Origin: an uncultured Prolixibacteraceae bacterium
GTDB taxonomy: Bacteria > Bacteroidota > Bacteroidia > Bacteroidales > FEN-979
Assembly (NCBI GenBank): GCA_964449285.1
Contig: CAYUZX010000004.1
Coordinates: forward strand, 1,070-65,069
Direction of reading: 5' to 3'
Length of the DNA: 64,000 nt
The notes beneath the pieces were generated by a model. That model was not told the origin of the DNA and did not search any database. It saw nothing but the letters and a program-made list of their open reading frames with translations. This document shows positions 44,757-55,032 of this stretch, in pieces. Numbering within the stretch: position 1 is the stretch's first letter; each line of letters opens with the position of its first letter. The position numbers and the translations under genes were made by a program.

Positions 44757-44764
44757 AATATTCA

Positions 44765-44820
44765 CTTTTCTTCCTTCTTCCTTTTTCCTTCATCTTTCTT
44801 TCCTCTTCCTTCGTCTTTTT
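44765..44820. repeat. Pyrimidine-only degenerate heptamer tract TCCTTCT x8
   Basis: cttttct tccttct tcctttt tccttca tctttct ttcctct tccttcg tcttttt; only two purines in 56 nt. Confidence 0.85.
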
Positions 44821-44850
44821 CAAGCGCCTAAGCTTTGGCGTAAGCAATCA

Positions 44851-44920
44851 TCCTACGTCTTACCTCTTACCTCTCACGTCTTACGTCTCACGTCTTACGT
44901 CTCACGTTCTACGTCTCACA
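44851..44920. repeat. Heptamer tandem array TCTTACG/TCTCACG x10
   Basis: tcctacg tcttacc tcttacc tctcacg tcttacg tctcacg tcttacg tctcacg ttctacg tctcaca; ends 2 nt before the atpA stop. Confidence 0.95.
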
Positions 44921-44922
44921 TT

Positions 44923-46512
44923 TTACCTCTGCCCCTCATACTTCCTGGAAATATCAGCAGCCGCTTTCTCCATTGCCTTCTCATCCTCTTCGAGCAATTT
45001 TCCCTCACGGAGATGCTCCAGAACTGCTTTATGATGAGATACCATATAATGAAGGTACTCCACTTCAAAATCCATTACGCTCCTAACCGGTACATTCTTC
45101 AACAAACCCCTGGTGCCGCAATAGATGATGGCGATCTGTTGTTCCACAGACATCGGAGAGTATTGTGCCTGTTTCAGGATCTGCACGTTTCTGGCACCTT
45201 TATCCAGCACAGCTTTGGTAGCTGCATCCAAATCGGATCCGAATTTGGAGAAGGCCTCCAGTTCGCGGTATTCGGCCTGAGCCAGTTTCAAGGTGCCGGC
45301 AACCTTTTTCATGGATTTTATCTGGGCATTCCCTCCAACACGGGATACAGAGATCCCTACGTTGATAGCCGGGCGAATCCCCGAATTGAAGAGTCCTGTC
45401 TCCAGGAAGATCTGTCCGTCGGTGATCGAGATGACATTGGTTGGAATATAGGCCGTGACATCACCAGCTTGAGTTTCGATGATAGGGAGCGCCGTGAGAG
45501 AACCACCCCCTTTCACCAAATGCCGGATCGATTCAGGAAGGTCATTCATTTTCTTTGCCACGGCATCGGAAGAGATGATCCTGGCCGCCCGTTCCAGCAA
45601 GCGGGAGTGGAGGTAAAAGACATCTCCCGGATAGGCTTCCCGCCCGGGAGGACGACGAAGCAGGAGGGATACTTCACGGTAAGCAACAGCCTGTTTCGAC
45701 AGATCATCATAGATCACCAGGGCCGGACGCCCCGTATCCCTGAAGAACTCGCCGATAGCAGCTCCGGCAAAGGGTGCATAAAACTGCATGGCAGCGGGAT
45801 CGGATGCGGTAGCCGTAACGATCACGGTATAGGCCATCGCCCCTTTCTCCTCAAGGGTCTTCAAAATATTTGCCACAGTGGAGCCCTTCTGTCCGATAGC
45901 TACATAGATGCAGTAGACCGGTTCTCCCTTTGTATAAAACTCCCGCTGGTTGATGATTGTATCAATCACGATGGCAGTTTTTCCAGTCTGCCTGTCGCCG
46001 ATAATCAACTCACGCTGTCCTCTGCCAATCGGGATCATGGCATCAATTGCCTTTATCCCGGATTGCAGCGGCTGATTTACCGGTTGTCGGTAAATTACAC
46101 CAGGTGCTTTCCGTTCCAGCGGCATTTCATAACGTTCGCCTCCGATTTTTCCCTTTCCGTCGATCGGTTCTCCCAGCGTGTTGATGACCCTGCCAAGAAG
46201 TCCGTCGCCAACCTCAATTGAGGCAATCCTGCGGGTTCTCTTTACAGTGTCGCCCTCTTTGATATCATAAGCCTCCCCCAGTAAGACAACTCCCACATTA
46301 TCCTCTTCCAGGTTAAGTACGATGGCCCTGATGCCATTTTTCTCAAACTCAACCAACTCGCCCGATTCGGCGTTGGTCAGACCATAGATACGGGCAATGC
46401 CGTCACCCACCTGCAAAACGATGCCAATCTCTTCAAGTTCGGCAACATTATGATAGCCTGCCAACTCTTTCCGTAAAATTGCAGATACTTCAGCTGGTTT
46501 TATTTCTGCCAT
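44923..46512 (-). CDS. atpA: F1 ATP synthase alpha subunit
   Basis: 529 aa; Walker A GDRQTGKT and the [27 protein letters not shown] motif. Confidence 0.97.
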   Translation of the reverse strand: MAEIKPAEVSAILRKELAGYHNVAELEEIGIVLQVGDGIARIYGLTNAESGELVEFEKNGIRAIVLNLEEDNVGVVLLGEAYDIKEGDTVKRTRRIASIEVGDGLLGRVINTLGEPIDGKGKIGGERYEMPLERKAPGVIYRQPVNQPLQSGIKAIDAMIPIGRGQRELIIGDRQTGKTAIVIDTIINQREFYTKGEPVYCIYVAIGQKGSTVANILKTLEEKGAMAYTVIVTATASDPAAMQFYAPFAGAAIGEFFRDTGRPALVIYDDLSKQAVAYREVSLLLRRPPGREAYPGDVFYLHSRLLERAARIISSDAVAKKMNDLPESIRHLVKGGGSLTALPIIETQAGDVTAYIPTNVISITDGQIFLETGLFNSGIRPAINVGISVSRVGGNAQIKSMKKVAGTLKLAQAEYRELEAFSKFGSDLDAATKAVLDKGARNVQILKQAQYSPMSVEQQIAIIYCGTRGLLKNVPVRSVMDFEVEYLHYMVSHHKAVLEHLREGKLLEEDEKAMEKAAADISRKYEGQR

Positions 46513-46513
46513 A

Positions 46514-47074
46514 TTAAAAACCTTTTTTATACAAATTAATTCTGGCGGTGCTTTTTCGCATCCGCTCTATCTGATAATAGATACTGGCATCATACTGCAT
46601 GTCGCTCCAGTTCAAGATAAATCCTCCGATAATTTCCGGATCGATCTTCTGAATCAGCTCAATCTGCCATTTCGTATAATCCTTCATGATGGTAGTAACC
46701 CGGTTCCGGATCGCTTCGGTGACCGGAATAGCAGTCGTGAGAACGACCGGTAAAATCTCTTTATACTCCTTGTATAACGTGATCAGCTTACGGGCGATCT
46801 CCGGGATATAAACCTCTCTGTTCTTACGAACCAGGATAAGAAGGAACTTCATGGTCATCACGTTAAACCGGCTTTCAAACAGATCCTTCAGGATTTTCTC
46901 CTTTTTCTTTTCACTAATCACCGGGCTCTTCAGAACCAGCACAAAGATCTTGTTTTCCTGACAAACGGAAACCAGTTCGCGTGCATCCGAATAGATGGCC
47001 TCCTCCTGTTTCTTTTCAACAGCAAGTTCAAAAAGCGCCTTCGCATACCGTTCCGATACCAGGGATATCCTCAT
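46514..47074 (-). CDS. atpH: F1 ATP synthase delta subunit
   Basis: 186 aa; N-terminus [10 protein letters not shown]; operon position between atpF and atpA. Confidence 0.85.
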   Translation of the reverse strand: MRISLVSERYAKALFELAVEKKQEEAIYSDARELVSVCQENKIFVLVLKSPVISEKKKEKILKDLFESRFNVMTMKFLLILVRKNREVYIPEIARKLITLYKEYKEILPVVLTTAIPVTEAIRNRVTTIMKDYTKWQIELIQKIDPEIIGGFILNWSDMQYDASIYYQIERMRKSTARINLYKKGF

Positions 47075-47086
47075 CAGGAATCTCTT

Positions 47087-47581
47087 TTAATTAAAATGGA
47101 TCTTGTCCATTTGCTGTTTTACATATACTTCCTGCTGTTTGGCATCAGCAAGTTCATGTTCCAGAATTTTGGTTGCGATCTCAAGCGACAGTTCCGCAAG
47201 TTGATTTTTAAGATCGGTCATTGCAGCCATCTTTTCATTCTCAATGCTCTCCTTGGCGCTGGCAATGATTCGTGATGCCTCTTCTTTGGCTTTCTCCTTC
47301 GATTCTTCGATGATGACATCCCTCACCTTCCGTGCATCGCTTAAAATGGCATCCCGTTCATCTTTAGCCTGGTGTAACAGCTCTTCGTTGCTGAACTGAA
47401 GCTGCTTCATCTCTTCCTTTGCCCTGTCGGCCGCATGCAATGCATCATCGATGGATGTTTCACGGTCTTTCAGAGACTGGAGGATAGGCTTCCAGGCAAA
47501 CTTCCGGAGAATCAGGAGAAGGATCAGAAATGGCAATGCCATCCAGAAAATCAGACCCAATCCGGGGGTTATCAGTTCCAT
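47087..47581 (-). CDS. atpF: F0 ATP synthase subunit b
   Basis: 164 aa; single N-terminal TM followed by a long charged helix. Confidence 0.88.
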   Translation of the reverse strand: MELITPGLGLIFWMALPFLILLLILRKFAWKPILQSLKDRETSIDDALHAADRAKEEMKQLQFSNEELLHQAKDERDAILSDARKVRDVIIEESKEKAKEEASRIIASAKESIENEKMAAMTDLKNQLAELSLEIATKILEHELADAKQQEVYVKQQMDKIHFN

Positions 47582-47657
47582 ATCTTATTGTAATTTACAT
47601 TCATTAAAATTCTTCATGACTCAACCAACCGTTAAGCCATGAAGAACCGGTTGCCTG

Positions 47658-47927
<270 letters not shown>

Positions 47928-47960
47928 TTATTTAAATGTAACATGCAAAATGTAAATCCT

Positions 47961-47990
47961 CGTCATTCGTAATTCGTAATTCGTAATTCA
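47961..47990. repeat. Heptamer tandem array CGTAATT x4.3
   Basis: cgtcatt cgtaatt cgtaatt cgtaatt ca; ends 1 nt before the atpB stop, in the atpB-atpE spacer. Confidence 0.95.
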
Positions 47991-47991
47991 T

Positions 47992-49179
47992 TTAATGGTG
48001 TTCCGTTTCAATTGTCGCCAACCCGAAATAGAGAGCTGATAACAAGGTAAATACATATGCCTGGATAAATGCAACAAGGATCTCCAGCAAGTCCATAAAT
48101 ACAATAAATGCCACTGAAACAATCGAAACTCCGAGTCCCAATGCCACGTTGATCGATCCGAAGATGAAAATCAGGCTGACGAAACCAAGCACGATGATGT
48201 GGCCTGCTGCCATGTTGGCAAAAAGTCGCACCATTAATACAAACGGCTTGGTAATGATCCCAATGATTTCCACCACAGGCATCAGGGGAACAGGAAGTTT
48301 CAACCACCAGGGGACGCCCGGTGTGTTGATGATATCAACCCAGTAATGCTTGTTGCCGCTTATGGTAGTCAGAACCAGCGTAAACACAGCCAACACCATG
48401 GTTATGGCAATGTTGCCTGTTACGTTTGCCCCACCCGGGAAGATTGGGATAATTCCAAGGAGGTTATTCAGTAAAATAAAAAAGAATATCGTCAAAAGGA
48501 AAGGCATGAACTTTTCATATTTCTTCTCTCCGATTGAACTTTTTGCGATGTCGTCACGGATGAAGATAATAACGGGTTCCAGAAGGGATTGCATCCCTTT
48601 TGGCGCTGATTTGGGATTCCGTTTGTACCGGTTAGCCACAGAGATGAAAATCCACAACAGCAGAAAACAACTGATGAGCAATGCAAACACTGTTTTTGTA
48701 ATTGAGAAATCAAAAACGGTTTTACCCGATACAACTTCAGCATGAATTTTCCCATGCTCCAACACAAATCCCTTGTATGCGTGAGTAGGGTTATGAAATT
48801 TGGATGATAAGAAGGCGTAAATCTCTCCGTCATATAGCAAAATAACAGGCAACGGGATGGTGATATGCGCATGTCCCAATGTGGCAATATGCCATTCGTG
48901 ATTGTCCACTACATGCTCCATGATCATCTTGCCGGCATCGAATTCCTGCTCAACGATCAAATCCTCATCGTACTGAAAGGTAGTATCTGTTAAAGATTCA
49001 GTTAAAGCATGTGATTTTTCAGAGGCATTGGCCACCGATCCCGGAGAAACAATTAGTGCCAGGAAAAGAAAGAGAATAAAAGTGAAGAACCTGAAGTGCT
49101 GCGTTCGAACCATAGCTGCTGTTACATGCTGATTTTCGGGCTGCAAGTTTACGAACAATTCACGAAACATGAAAATCAA
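47992..49179 (-). CDS. atpB: F0 ATP synthase subunit a
   Basis: 395-aa ORF; C-terminal conserved region LMVRLFANMAAGHII. The true start may be the internal ATG at 49113 (MVRTQHFRFFTFILF...). Confidence 0.9.
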   Translation of the reverse strand: MIFMFRELFVNLQPENQHVTAAMVRTQHFRFFTFILFLFLALIVSPGSVANASEKSHALTESLTDTTFQYDEDLIVEQEFDAGKMIMEHVVDNHEWHIATLGHAHITIPLPVILLYDGEIYAFLSSKFHNPTHAYKGFVLEHGKIHAEVVSGKTVFDFSITKTVFALLISCFLLLWIFISVANRYKRNPKSAPKGMQSLLEPVIIFIRDDIAKSSIGEKKYEKFMPFLLTIFFFILLNNLLGIIPIFPGGANVTGNIAITMVLAVFTLVLTTISGNKHYWVDIINTPGVPWWLKLPVPLMPVVEIIGIITKPFVLMVRLFANMAAGHIIVLGFVSLIFIFGSINVALGLGVSIVSVAFIVFMDLLEILVAFIQAYVFTLLSALYFGLATIETEHH

Positions 49180-49218
49180 ATTTCATGGATATATGAACAT
49201 ATGTAATATTGGTGGGGG

Positions 49219-49575
49219 CTACGGCTGGGGGGTATTCACCCAAAGGATGACAAAATGCTCAATTCCAGCATAGACCTGCACCGCACCGTAATCTTCCCAG
49301 TTCTCGGTATCATACCAGAAGAATGCCGGTGGGAGATCCATGAAAAGCACTTCACCATCCTGATCGGTCCATAGGTTGCCAATATAGTTGCCTGCTTTCA
49401 GATTCTGGTAGCTGGTGGCGAGATACACTTGCTCTCCCACAATTACGTCCCCATTGGTATCCATGACCTTTATCACGAGGATTCCAACTGTAGCCTCATC
49501 GGTACTGCAGGAAGGAAGCATTACGATGGAGGCAAAGAAAAGAAGGCCGGACATTAATATAAACCACTTTTTCAT
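49219..49575 (-). CDS. Small lipoprotein, unknown function
   Basis: 118 aa; lipobox VMLPSCS; immediately upstream of atpB on the same strand. Confidence 0.6.
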   Translation of the reverse strand: MKKWFILMSGLLFFASIVMLPSCSTDEATVGILVIKVMDTNGDVIVGEQVYLATSYQNLKAGNYIGNLWTDQDGEVLFMDLPPAFFWYDTENWEDYGAVQVYAGIEHFVILWVNTPQP

Positions 49576-49600
49576 GCTTTCGGTTCTTTTAATTTTACTA

Positions 49601-49608
49601 CAAACTTA
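49601..49608 (-). promoter_or_regulatory. -7 box TAAGTTTG upstream of the lipoprotein/atp operon
   Basis: Matches TAnnTTTG on the minus strand, 26 nt upstream of the start at 49575. Confidence 0.4.
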
Positions 49609-49719
49609 CATAATAATATTCTGCCAGAGGGAAAATAAAATCGGTGATTTTCAGTTTGTAACATTTGAGTGTGCCAGACGTCTAAGTTTTTCAGTCCTTG
49701 CGTATTTATTAAAATTACG

Positions 49720-49727
49720 TAAATTTG
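49720..49727 (+). promoter_or_regulatory. -7 box TAAATTTG upstream of the second TolC-family gene
   Basis: Matches TAnnTTTG, 21 nt upstream of the ATG at 49748. Confidence 0.4.
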
Positions 49728-49747
49728 AACCCTTAAATGAAGATGTT

Positions 49748-51205
49748 ATGTTTCGATTAAACACACTCCTGATGGGCAAGCTTCATCTGGTCATCAGTCT
49801 CTCATTGATTTTAACTTTCTCCTCTTTTTCTCAGACTGTCTGGACGCTTGAAGATTGCGTTGAGTATGCGCTCGATAATAACCTCGATATTCAGAAGCAG
49901 ATTCAATCGGTAGAGTCGAACCGGGTTTCATTGCTGCAGAGTGGCTTGAGCATGTTGCCTAACCTTAATTTCAACGCATCCAATATCTGGAACACTGGAC
50001 AAACCATTGATCAGTACACGAATACCTTTGCCACCAACACCGTCAGGTCTAACAACTTCAGTCTATCAACCAATGTAACCATCTTTAACGGATTACAGAA
50101 GTTCAATACGTTGAAGCGAAACCAGATTGAATTGATGGCTAGCCGGTACGATCTGGATGTCCTCAAAAACGATATCTCCCTTGCCGTTGCCGGATATTAC
50201 CTGGATATTCTCTTCAACAAAGAGATTCTCGATGTAGCCGAAGGCCAGTTGGCAATTACCGCCCAACAAGTTGAACGTGTAAGAAAGATGGTAGAAGCCG
50301 GAGCTGCTGCTCAGGGGGACCTGCTGAATATTCAGGCACAGGCATCCACTGAAGAGCTCAATACAATAGAAGCCAGAAACCGTCTGAACATATCTTACCT
50401 CTCTCTGCAGCAGTTGATTGATCTTACCGTTTCCAGTGATTTTGATATCGAAAAGCCGGTCCTGAAAGCTGTAGCTGCCCCGGCCGATCTTGTAACTGCC
50501 GACGTCATTTACGGCCATGCCCTGAGTACCCGGCCTGAGATTAAAGGTGCAGAACTCCGGGTAGAGAGTGCCAATAAGGGGTTGTCCGTTGCCCGCGGAG
50601 GACAATCACCCAGCCTCACCTTTGGCGGCTCTTATGCCACAGGTTATTCAGGCGCTGCCAGGCAGGTAGACCCTTCCATCCTTCCGGTCATCAATGAATA
50701 TCCCATCGGGATTACCCAGCTTACACGTGATACTGTCCTTGGTTATCAGTCTACCTATTCATATAAAACAAAGTCATTTTCCGATCAGTGGAACGATAAT
50801 GATAATGTCTCTCTCGGATTCAATCTCTATATTCCAATTTTCAATGGCTGGCAAGTACGGTCGTCGATCACACAAGCGAAAATCCAACGGAATATAGCCG
50901 AACTCGATCTGGAACAGAAAAAACGGAATTTGCAGAAGACAATTGAACAAGCCTATGCCGATGCGATAGCCGCACTCCAGAAATACACTTCGGCCAACCA
51001 GAAAGTGCAGGCCCAGGAGGAGTCGTTCAAGTACACGGAGCAAAAGTTCGACGTTGGTATGGTAACATCCTACGATTACAATAACAGTAAAAAAGATCTG
51101 ACAAGCGCCCAGTCTGAATTATTGCAGGCGAAGTACGATTTTATATTTAAAACCACCATACTTGACTTCTACATGGGAAACCCCATACGTATCAGTCAGA
51201 ATTAA
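49748..51205 (+). CDS. TolC-family outer membrane efflux protein
   Basis: I trimmed the start to the ATG at 49748 (MFRLNTLLMGKLHLVISLSLILTFSSFSQ signal peptide). The ORF-track start at 49415 overlaps the opposite-strand lipoprotein gene. Confidence 0.88.
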   Translation: MFRLNTLLMGKLHLVISLSLILTFSSFSQTVWTLEDCVEYALDNNLDIQKQIQSVESNRVSLLQSGLSMLPNLNFNASNIWNTGQTIDQYTNTFATNTVRSNNFSLSTNVTIFNGLQKFNTLKRNQIELMASRYDLDVLKNDISLAVAGYYLDILFNKEILDVAEGQLAITAQQVERVRKMVEAGAAAQGDLLNIQAQASTEELNTIEARNRLNISYLSLQQLIDLTVSSDFDIEKPVLKAVAAPADLVTADVIYGHALSTRPEIKGAELRVESANKGLSVARGGQSPSLTFGGSYATGYSGAARQVDPSILPVINEYPIGITQLTRDTVLGYQSTYSYKTKSFSDQWNDNDNVSLGFNLYIPIFNGWQVRSSITQAKIQRNIAELDLEQKKRNLQKTIEQAYADAIAALQKYTSANQKVQAQEESFKYTEQKFDVGMVTSYDYNNSKKDLTSAQSELLQAKYDFIFKTTILDFYMGNPIRISQN

Positions 51206-51216
51206 ACATCCATTCC

Positions 51217-52593
51217 ATGACTCTTAAAAAATCAAAAAAGAAACTTCTGATCATCATTGCGGCAGTCATCGTTCTTGCCATTATCATTGTACTGGCTGTT
51301 ATCAAAGGCGGTAAGAATGAGGGGATCAAAGTCTCTGTAGAAATGGTAGCCAAACGGACCATTGTCCAGACTGTCTCTTCCAACGGTAAAATCCAGCCTG
51401 AAAGAGATGTTAAAATATCACCTTACATCTCCGGTGAAGTGGTTGAACTCTATGTGAAAGAGGGCAACCAGGTTAAGAAGGGGGATCTGCTGGCCAAGAT
51501 CGACCCGGAGATTTACATCTCACAGTACGATCAGAGTGTGGCTTCCCTGAATACCCAGAAAGCCAATGAGTCTAATTCCAACGCACGTCAGGTACAGATG
51601 GAGGCACAATTCGAGAATGCCCGCCTGAACTTTGAACGCCAGAAAAAACTTTTTGAACAGAACGTGATTTCCAAGGCTGATTTTGATCAGGCCAAAGCCA
51701 ATTTCGAAGTGGCTCAGGCACAAGTTACCTCAGCAAAACAAGATGTAAAGGCTTCGGAGTTCATGGTGAAGAGCTCGGAAGCAGCGTTGAAGCGCTCCAA
51801 AGAGGATCTCACAAGAACAGCAATTTTTGCCCCTAACGAAGGGACCGTTTCCAAGTTGAATGTATTGAAAGGGGAGCGTGTTACCGGGGCATCCCAGTTT
51901 TCCAGTGGTACAGAGATCATGCGGCTGGCTAACCTCAATGAGATGGAAGCCCAGGTTGAAGTGAATGAAAATGATATCATCAGGGTTACCCTCAACGATA
52001 CGGCTCTCATTGAAGTGGATGCTTACCTGAACCGGAAATTCAAAGGGGTTGTAACTGAGATCGCCACGTCGGCCAATACTACCGGCGTAAGCGTTGATCA
52101 GGTAACCAATTTTAACGTCAAAATTCATCTACTGAAGGAGTCGTATGAAGATCTGCTTGATCCTGATAAACCCTTTTATAGCCCCTTTCGTCCGGGAATG
52201 TCCTGTACGGTGGAGATCCAAACCGAGACTGCTTACAATGTGCTAACCGTGCCTATCCAGGCTGTAACAACACGTGTGTCGCAAGATACATTGGATAAGC
52301 TGAATGCTCAAAACAGAGAAACTGAGCAACGTGGTGACCGTGAAATTGAACGAGTCACTACTAAAAAGACCGAGGAGATCCAGGAGTGTGTATTCATATT
52401 TGAAGATGGGATTGCCAAAAAACAGGATGTCAAAACAGGCATCCAGGATAATACCTATATCCAGATCGAATCGGGTTTATCCGATAGCCTGGAGGTGATT
52501 ACTTCACCCTATTCGGTAGTATCCAAAACCCTGAAAGATGGTGACAAAGTCAAGAAAGTTGACCGCAAAGATCTTTTTAGCGTAAGCAAATAA
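51217..52593 (+). CDS. HlyD/MacA-type efflux periplasmic adaptor subunit
   Basis: 458 aa; N-terminal TM anchor, long coiled-coil hairpin, barrel-sandwich motifs. Confidence 0.85.
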   Translation: MTLKKSKKKLLIIIAAVIVLAIIIVLAVIKGGKNEGIKVSVEMVAKRTIVQTVSSNGKIQPERDVKISPYISGEVVELYVKEGNQVKKGDLLAKIDPEIYISQYDQSVASLNTQKANESNSNARQVQMEAQFENARLNFERQKKLFEQNVISKADFDQAKANFEVAQAQVTSAKQDVKASEFMVKSSEAALKRSKEDLTRTAIFAPNEGTVSKLNVLKGERVTGASQFSSGTEIMRLANLNEMEAQVEVNENDIIRVTLNDTALIEVDAYLNRKFKGVVTEIATSANTTGVSVDQVTNFNVKIHLLKESYEDLLDPDKPFYSPFRPGMSCTVEIQTETAYNVLTVPIQAVTTRVSQDTLDKLNAQNRETEQRGDREIERVTTKKTEEIQECVFIFEDGIAKKQDVKTGIQDNTYIQIESGLSDSLEVITSPYSVVSKTLKDGDKVKKVDRKDLFSVSK

Positions 52594-53354
52594 TGTCGCT
52601 GATTCTGGCCCTTGAAACGGCTACACCTGTATGTTCTGCTACCCTTGCACGTGATGGAGAGATCCTCTCCCTCCTCGAGTCGAATGCCCCCAACGCTCAC
52701 TCTTCCGTGTTAACAGTCTTTATTGAAGAGCTCTTCCGTGAAGCCTCTTTGCGCTATGCTGACCTCGATGCTATATCGGTTAGTATGGGCCCAGGGTCCT
52801 ATACCGGTCTTCGTATCGGGGTAGCGGCAGCGAAAGGTCTCTGCTTTGCGCTCGACAAACCTTTAATTGCTATTCCTACGCTGGAGGCGATGGCAGCAGG
52901 GATGATTTACGAATTAGGCATTACGAATTACGAATTCAGTAACCTTCTTGAAAATCCGGTATCAGGTATCAGACATCAGGCATCGAAACCCGAAACTCTC
53001 TTCTGTCCCATGATCGATGCCCGCCGGATGGAAGTCTATTGTGCTGTGTATGATAAGAATCTAAAGGAGATACGTTCCACAGAAGCTCTGCTAGTTGAAA
53101 AACATTCGTTTGACGATCTGCTGGCAGCGCACGCGATTCTGTTCGCCGGAACAGGAGCCGAAAAATGCCGGGAGCTCCTTTCGCACAAATCGAACGCTTT
53201 GTTTCTGGAGAACTTTCAAGCATCAGCAAGATTCATGATCGCTCTTTCAGAAACACGATTTGTTAAAAACCAGCTTGAGAACCTGGCTTATTTTGAACCC
53301 TTTTATCTGAAGAATTTCATCGCCGGGAAGCCCAAAGTCAAAGGATTGAACTGA
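52593..53354 (+). CDS. tsaB: tRNA t6A37 threonylcarbamoyltransferase complex subunit TsaB, carrying a repeat-derived insertion
   Basis: 253 aa; motifs ILALETAT and VSMGPGSYTGLRIGVAAAKG. An internal segment is encoded by two heptamer arrays (52905-52983). Confidence 0.88.
   Translation: MSLILALETATPVCSATLARDGEILSLLESNAPNAHSSVLTVFIEELFREASLRYADLDAISVSMGPGSYTGLRIGVAAAKGLCFALDKPLIAIPTLEAMAAGMIYELGITNYEFSNLLENPVSGIRHQASKPETLFCPMIDARRMEVYCAVYDKNLKEIRSTEALLVEKHSFDDLLAAHAILFAGTGAEKCRELLSHKSNALFLENFQASARFMIALSETRFVKNQLENLAYFEPFYLKNFIAGKPKVKGLN
52905..52939 (+). repeat. Heptamer array AATTACG x5 inside the tsaB coding sequence
   Basis: atttacg aattagg cattacg aattacg aattcag; translated in frame as (I)YELGITNYEFS. 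Confidence 0.9.
52956..52983 (+). repeat. Heptamer array CCGGTAT/CAGGTAT x4 inside the tsaB coding sequence
   Basis: ccggtat caggtat cagacat caggcat; translated as PVSGIRHQA. Confidence 0.85.
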
Positions 53355-53370
53355 AGCACAAAGCACAGGG

Positions 53371-53434
53371 CACTTTTTCACTACCTCACTACTTCACTGC
53401 CTCGCCATTTCACCATTTCACAAAATCTCCATTT
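53371..53434. repeat. Octamer-periodic tract CACTNNNT grading into CACCATTT, x8
   Basis: cacttttt cactacct cactactt cactgcct cgccattt caccattt cacaaaat ctccattt. The second half is the complement of the GGTGAAAT family. It fills the convergent tsaB/T9SS-gene spacer. Confidence 0.85.
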
Positions 53435-54894
53435 CAGCGAAGAAGCACACATCGTTTTGTAAACGTTACTTCATCTGTTTTTAGCCTGTAGAGATAGATC
53501 CCACCTGGCAGGTATTGCCCTGTATCATCTGTTCCGTTCCAGAGTATGTTGAATTCTCCGGCCTGGTGAGGTGAATCCACCAGTGTTTTCACCTTCATCC
53601 CCTTCACATTGAAAACGTCCATCTGAACCGTTGTTGGCTTAGCGATGGAATACTCAAATGTAGTGGATGTGTTGAAGGGATTGGGGTAGTTCATCCTGAG
53701 TGTACTCTTTCTGGTCGAAGCCAGATCCCCGATCCCCATGTAGAGTCCTTCATTTACGGCAATTGTCACATGCTGTGTATCTATTTCGCTGACCAGCATC
53801 AGGTCATCATACAGAAACTCTATCCTAGCGTCAATGGGTAGCGGAATCACCACATTCAGGTCAACCGATTCACCAGGAGCAAGGGTGTGCGGGAATGTTG
53901 TAAATGGCCATGGAACCACCAGCCAGGTAAAAGGAGCCGTTACGGATGACTCTTGTTGAACAAATAGGAGGTCCAGATCCACTGATGTGGTATTGGAGAT
54001 GGTGACGATCTGCCCTTCGAGGCACTGCTGCTCATTTTCATAAAAAAGGGTGTCGGCAGTGAGGGCGAGATCCGGTGTTATGTAGGAAGTATCACCTGCA
54101 TGGCATCCGATACCGGTAATTATCTCTTCGGAGGTATTGTCGAGAACAAAGGCTAACAATTCACAGTTCTCCATGATGTAATCGGTGGCGGAATAGTCGT
54201 AGGTAAAGGTTCTTCTGTAAAAGGTTCCGGCCATTGCATCGGCGACAATCGGATCGCCCCACTGTCCGACAAAAGCTTCACGAAAAGTATGCTTATGTGT
54301 ATATGGGTACGAGCCACCCGATTGATGTGAGATAAGGTTATTTTCGGCCAGAGTAACCATCAAATTGTGTTCGCCCGGGAAATCTTCCGTATAATAAATA
54401 TCTACCACGACGGTGAGAATACTATTTCCGGGATCATAACTGGTAGCCATTCCTACATTCATCGGTGAAGGTTCGGCCATTATGGTGTTGGCATAAGAGG
54501 GCCATACGGAACGGCTCATGAGCCGCTCTGGGGGTGACCATAGCCGGCGCTGAACAAAGGAACTTGGCATGAATCTGGTGGTGCCGCAATAAGGCGTCAT
54601 GTAGAGGTTGTCAGCATAGTGGCGACGAAAATCCGGATCTCCCGTGGTGGGCGTTGTATAATTCGAGTTGAACGGATGATAGGCGACACAGAATGCCCGG
54701 TCAGGATGGTTAGCGAGGATCTGCGCCATCACCAGGTGGCCGGCAGGACAGTTCGGGCAATTAACGCCAGTGAATTCTTCCAGAATAGCATTTTTATCCA
54801 GGGGTTCAATGGGAACAAAGTGCTGTGCCATTATCAGACATGGGATAAGGACCGCAACAAATCCCAGGCTTACAGATTGTAAAAAAGTTTTCAT
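53434..54894 (-). CDS. T9SS-sorted surface protein with N-terminal thioredoxin-like/Omp28-related region
   Basis: 486 aa; signal peptide; EEFTGVNCPNCPAGH motif; C-terminal T9SS sorting domain (NYPNPFNTSTTFEYSI...GIYLYRLKTD). Confidence 0.8.
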   Translation of the reverse strand: MKTFLQSVSLGFVAVLIPCLIMAQHFVPIEPLDKNAILEEFTGVNCPNCPAGHLVMAQILANHPDRAFCVAYHPFNSNYTTPTTGDPDFRRHYADNLYMTPYCGTTRFMPSSFVQRRLWSPPERLMSRSVWPSYANTIMAEPSPMNVGMATSYDPGNSILTVVVDIYYTEDFPGEHNLMVTLAENNLISHQSGGSYPYTHKHTFREAFVGQWGDPIVADAMAGTFYRRTFTYDYSATDYIMENCELLAFVLDNTSEEIITGIGCHAGDTSYITPDLALTADTLFYENEQQCLEGQIVTISNTTSVDLDLLFVQQESSVTAPFTWLVVPWPFTTFPHTLAPGESVDLNVVIPLPIDARIEFLYDDLMLVSEIDTQHVTIAVNEGLYMGIGDLASTRKSTLRMNYPNPFNTSTTFEYSIAKPTTVQMDVFNVKGMKVKTLVDSPHQAGEFNILWNGTDDTGQYLPGGIYLYRLKTDEVTFTKRCVLLR

Positions 54895-55032
54895 TTCGGT
54901 AAGATTTTGTTTCTGATTTGATTTGAAAAAGTAAAAATACTCATTCTTTTCTTATAATGCATCTGTTTTCAATATACATGCTTTTTTCTTGATGAATTCA
55001 CTACTTTTACCATCTACTTTAACCCTCTGGTA

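Noticed and set aside
44704-44793. 29-codon ORF (MKEKGRRKKSEYSIRNSSFVVRNSKRWLD) on the minus strand
   Set aside because: It is built almost entirely from the repeat tracts and overlaps the atpG start out of frame, so it is most likely a by-product of repeat composition.
45013-46221. 402-aa ORF on the + strand
   Set aside because: It lies entirely antisense to atpA, whose identity is unambiguous (GDRQTGKT and other motifs). The translation is low-complexity with no recognisable motif, so it is a shadow ORF.
49415-49747. N-terminal 111 codons of the 596-aa TolC ORF
   Set aside because: It overlaps the opposite-strand lipoprotein gene and its promoter region. A normal signal peptide begins at the ATG at 49748.
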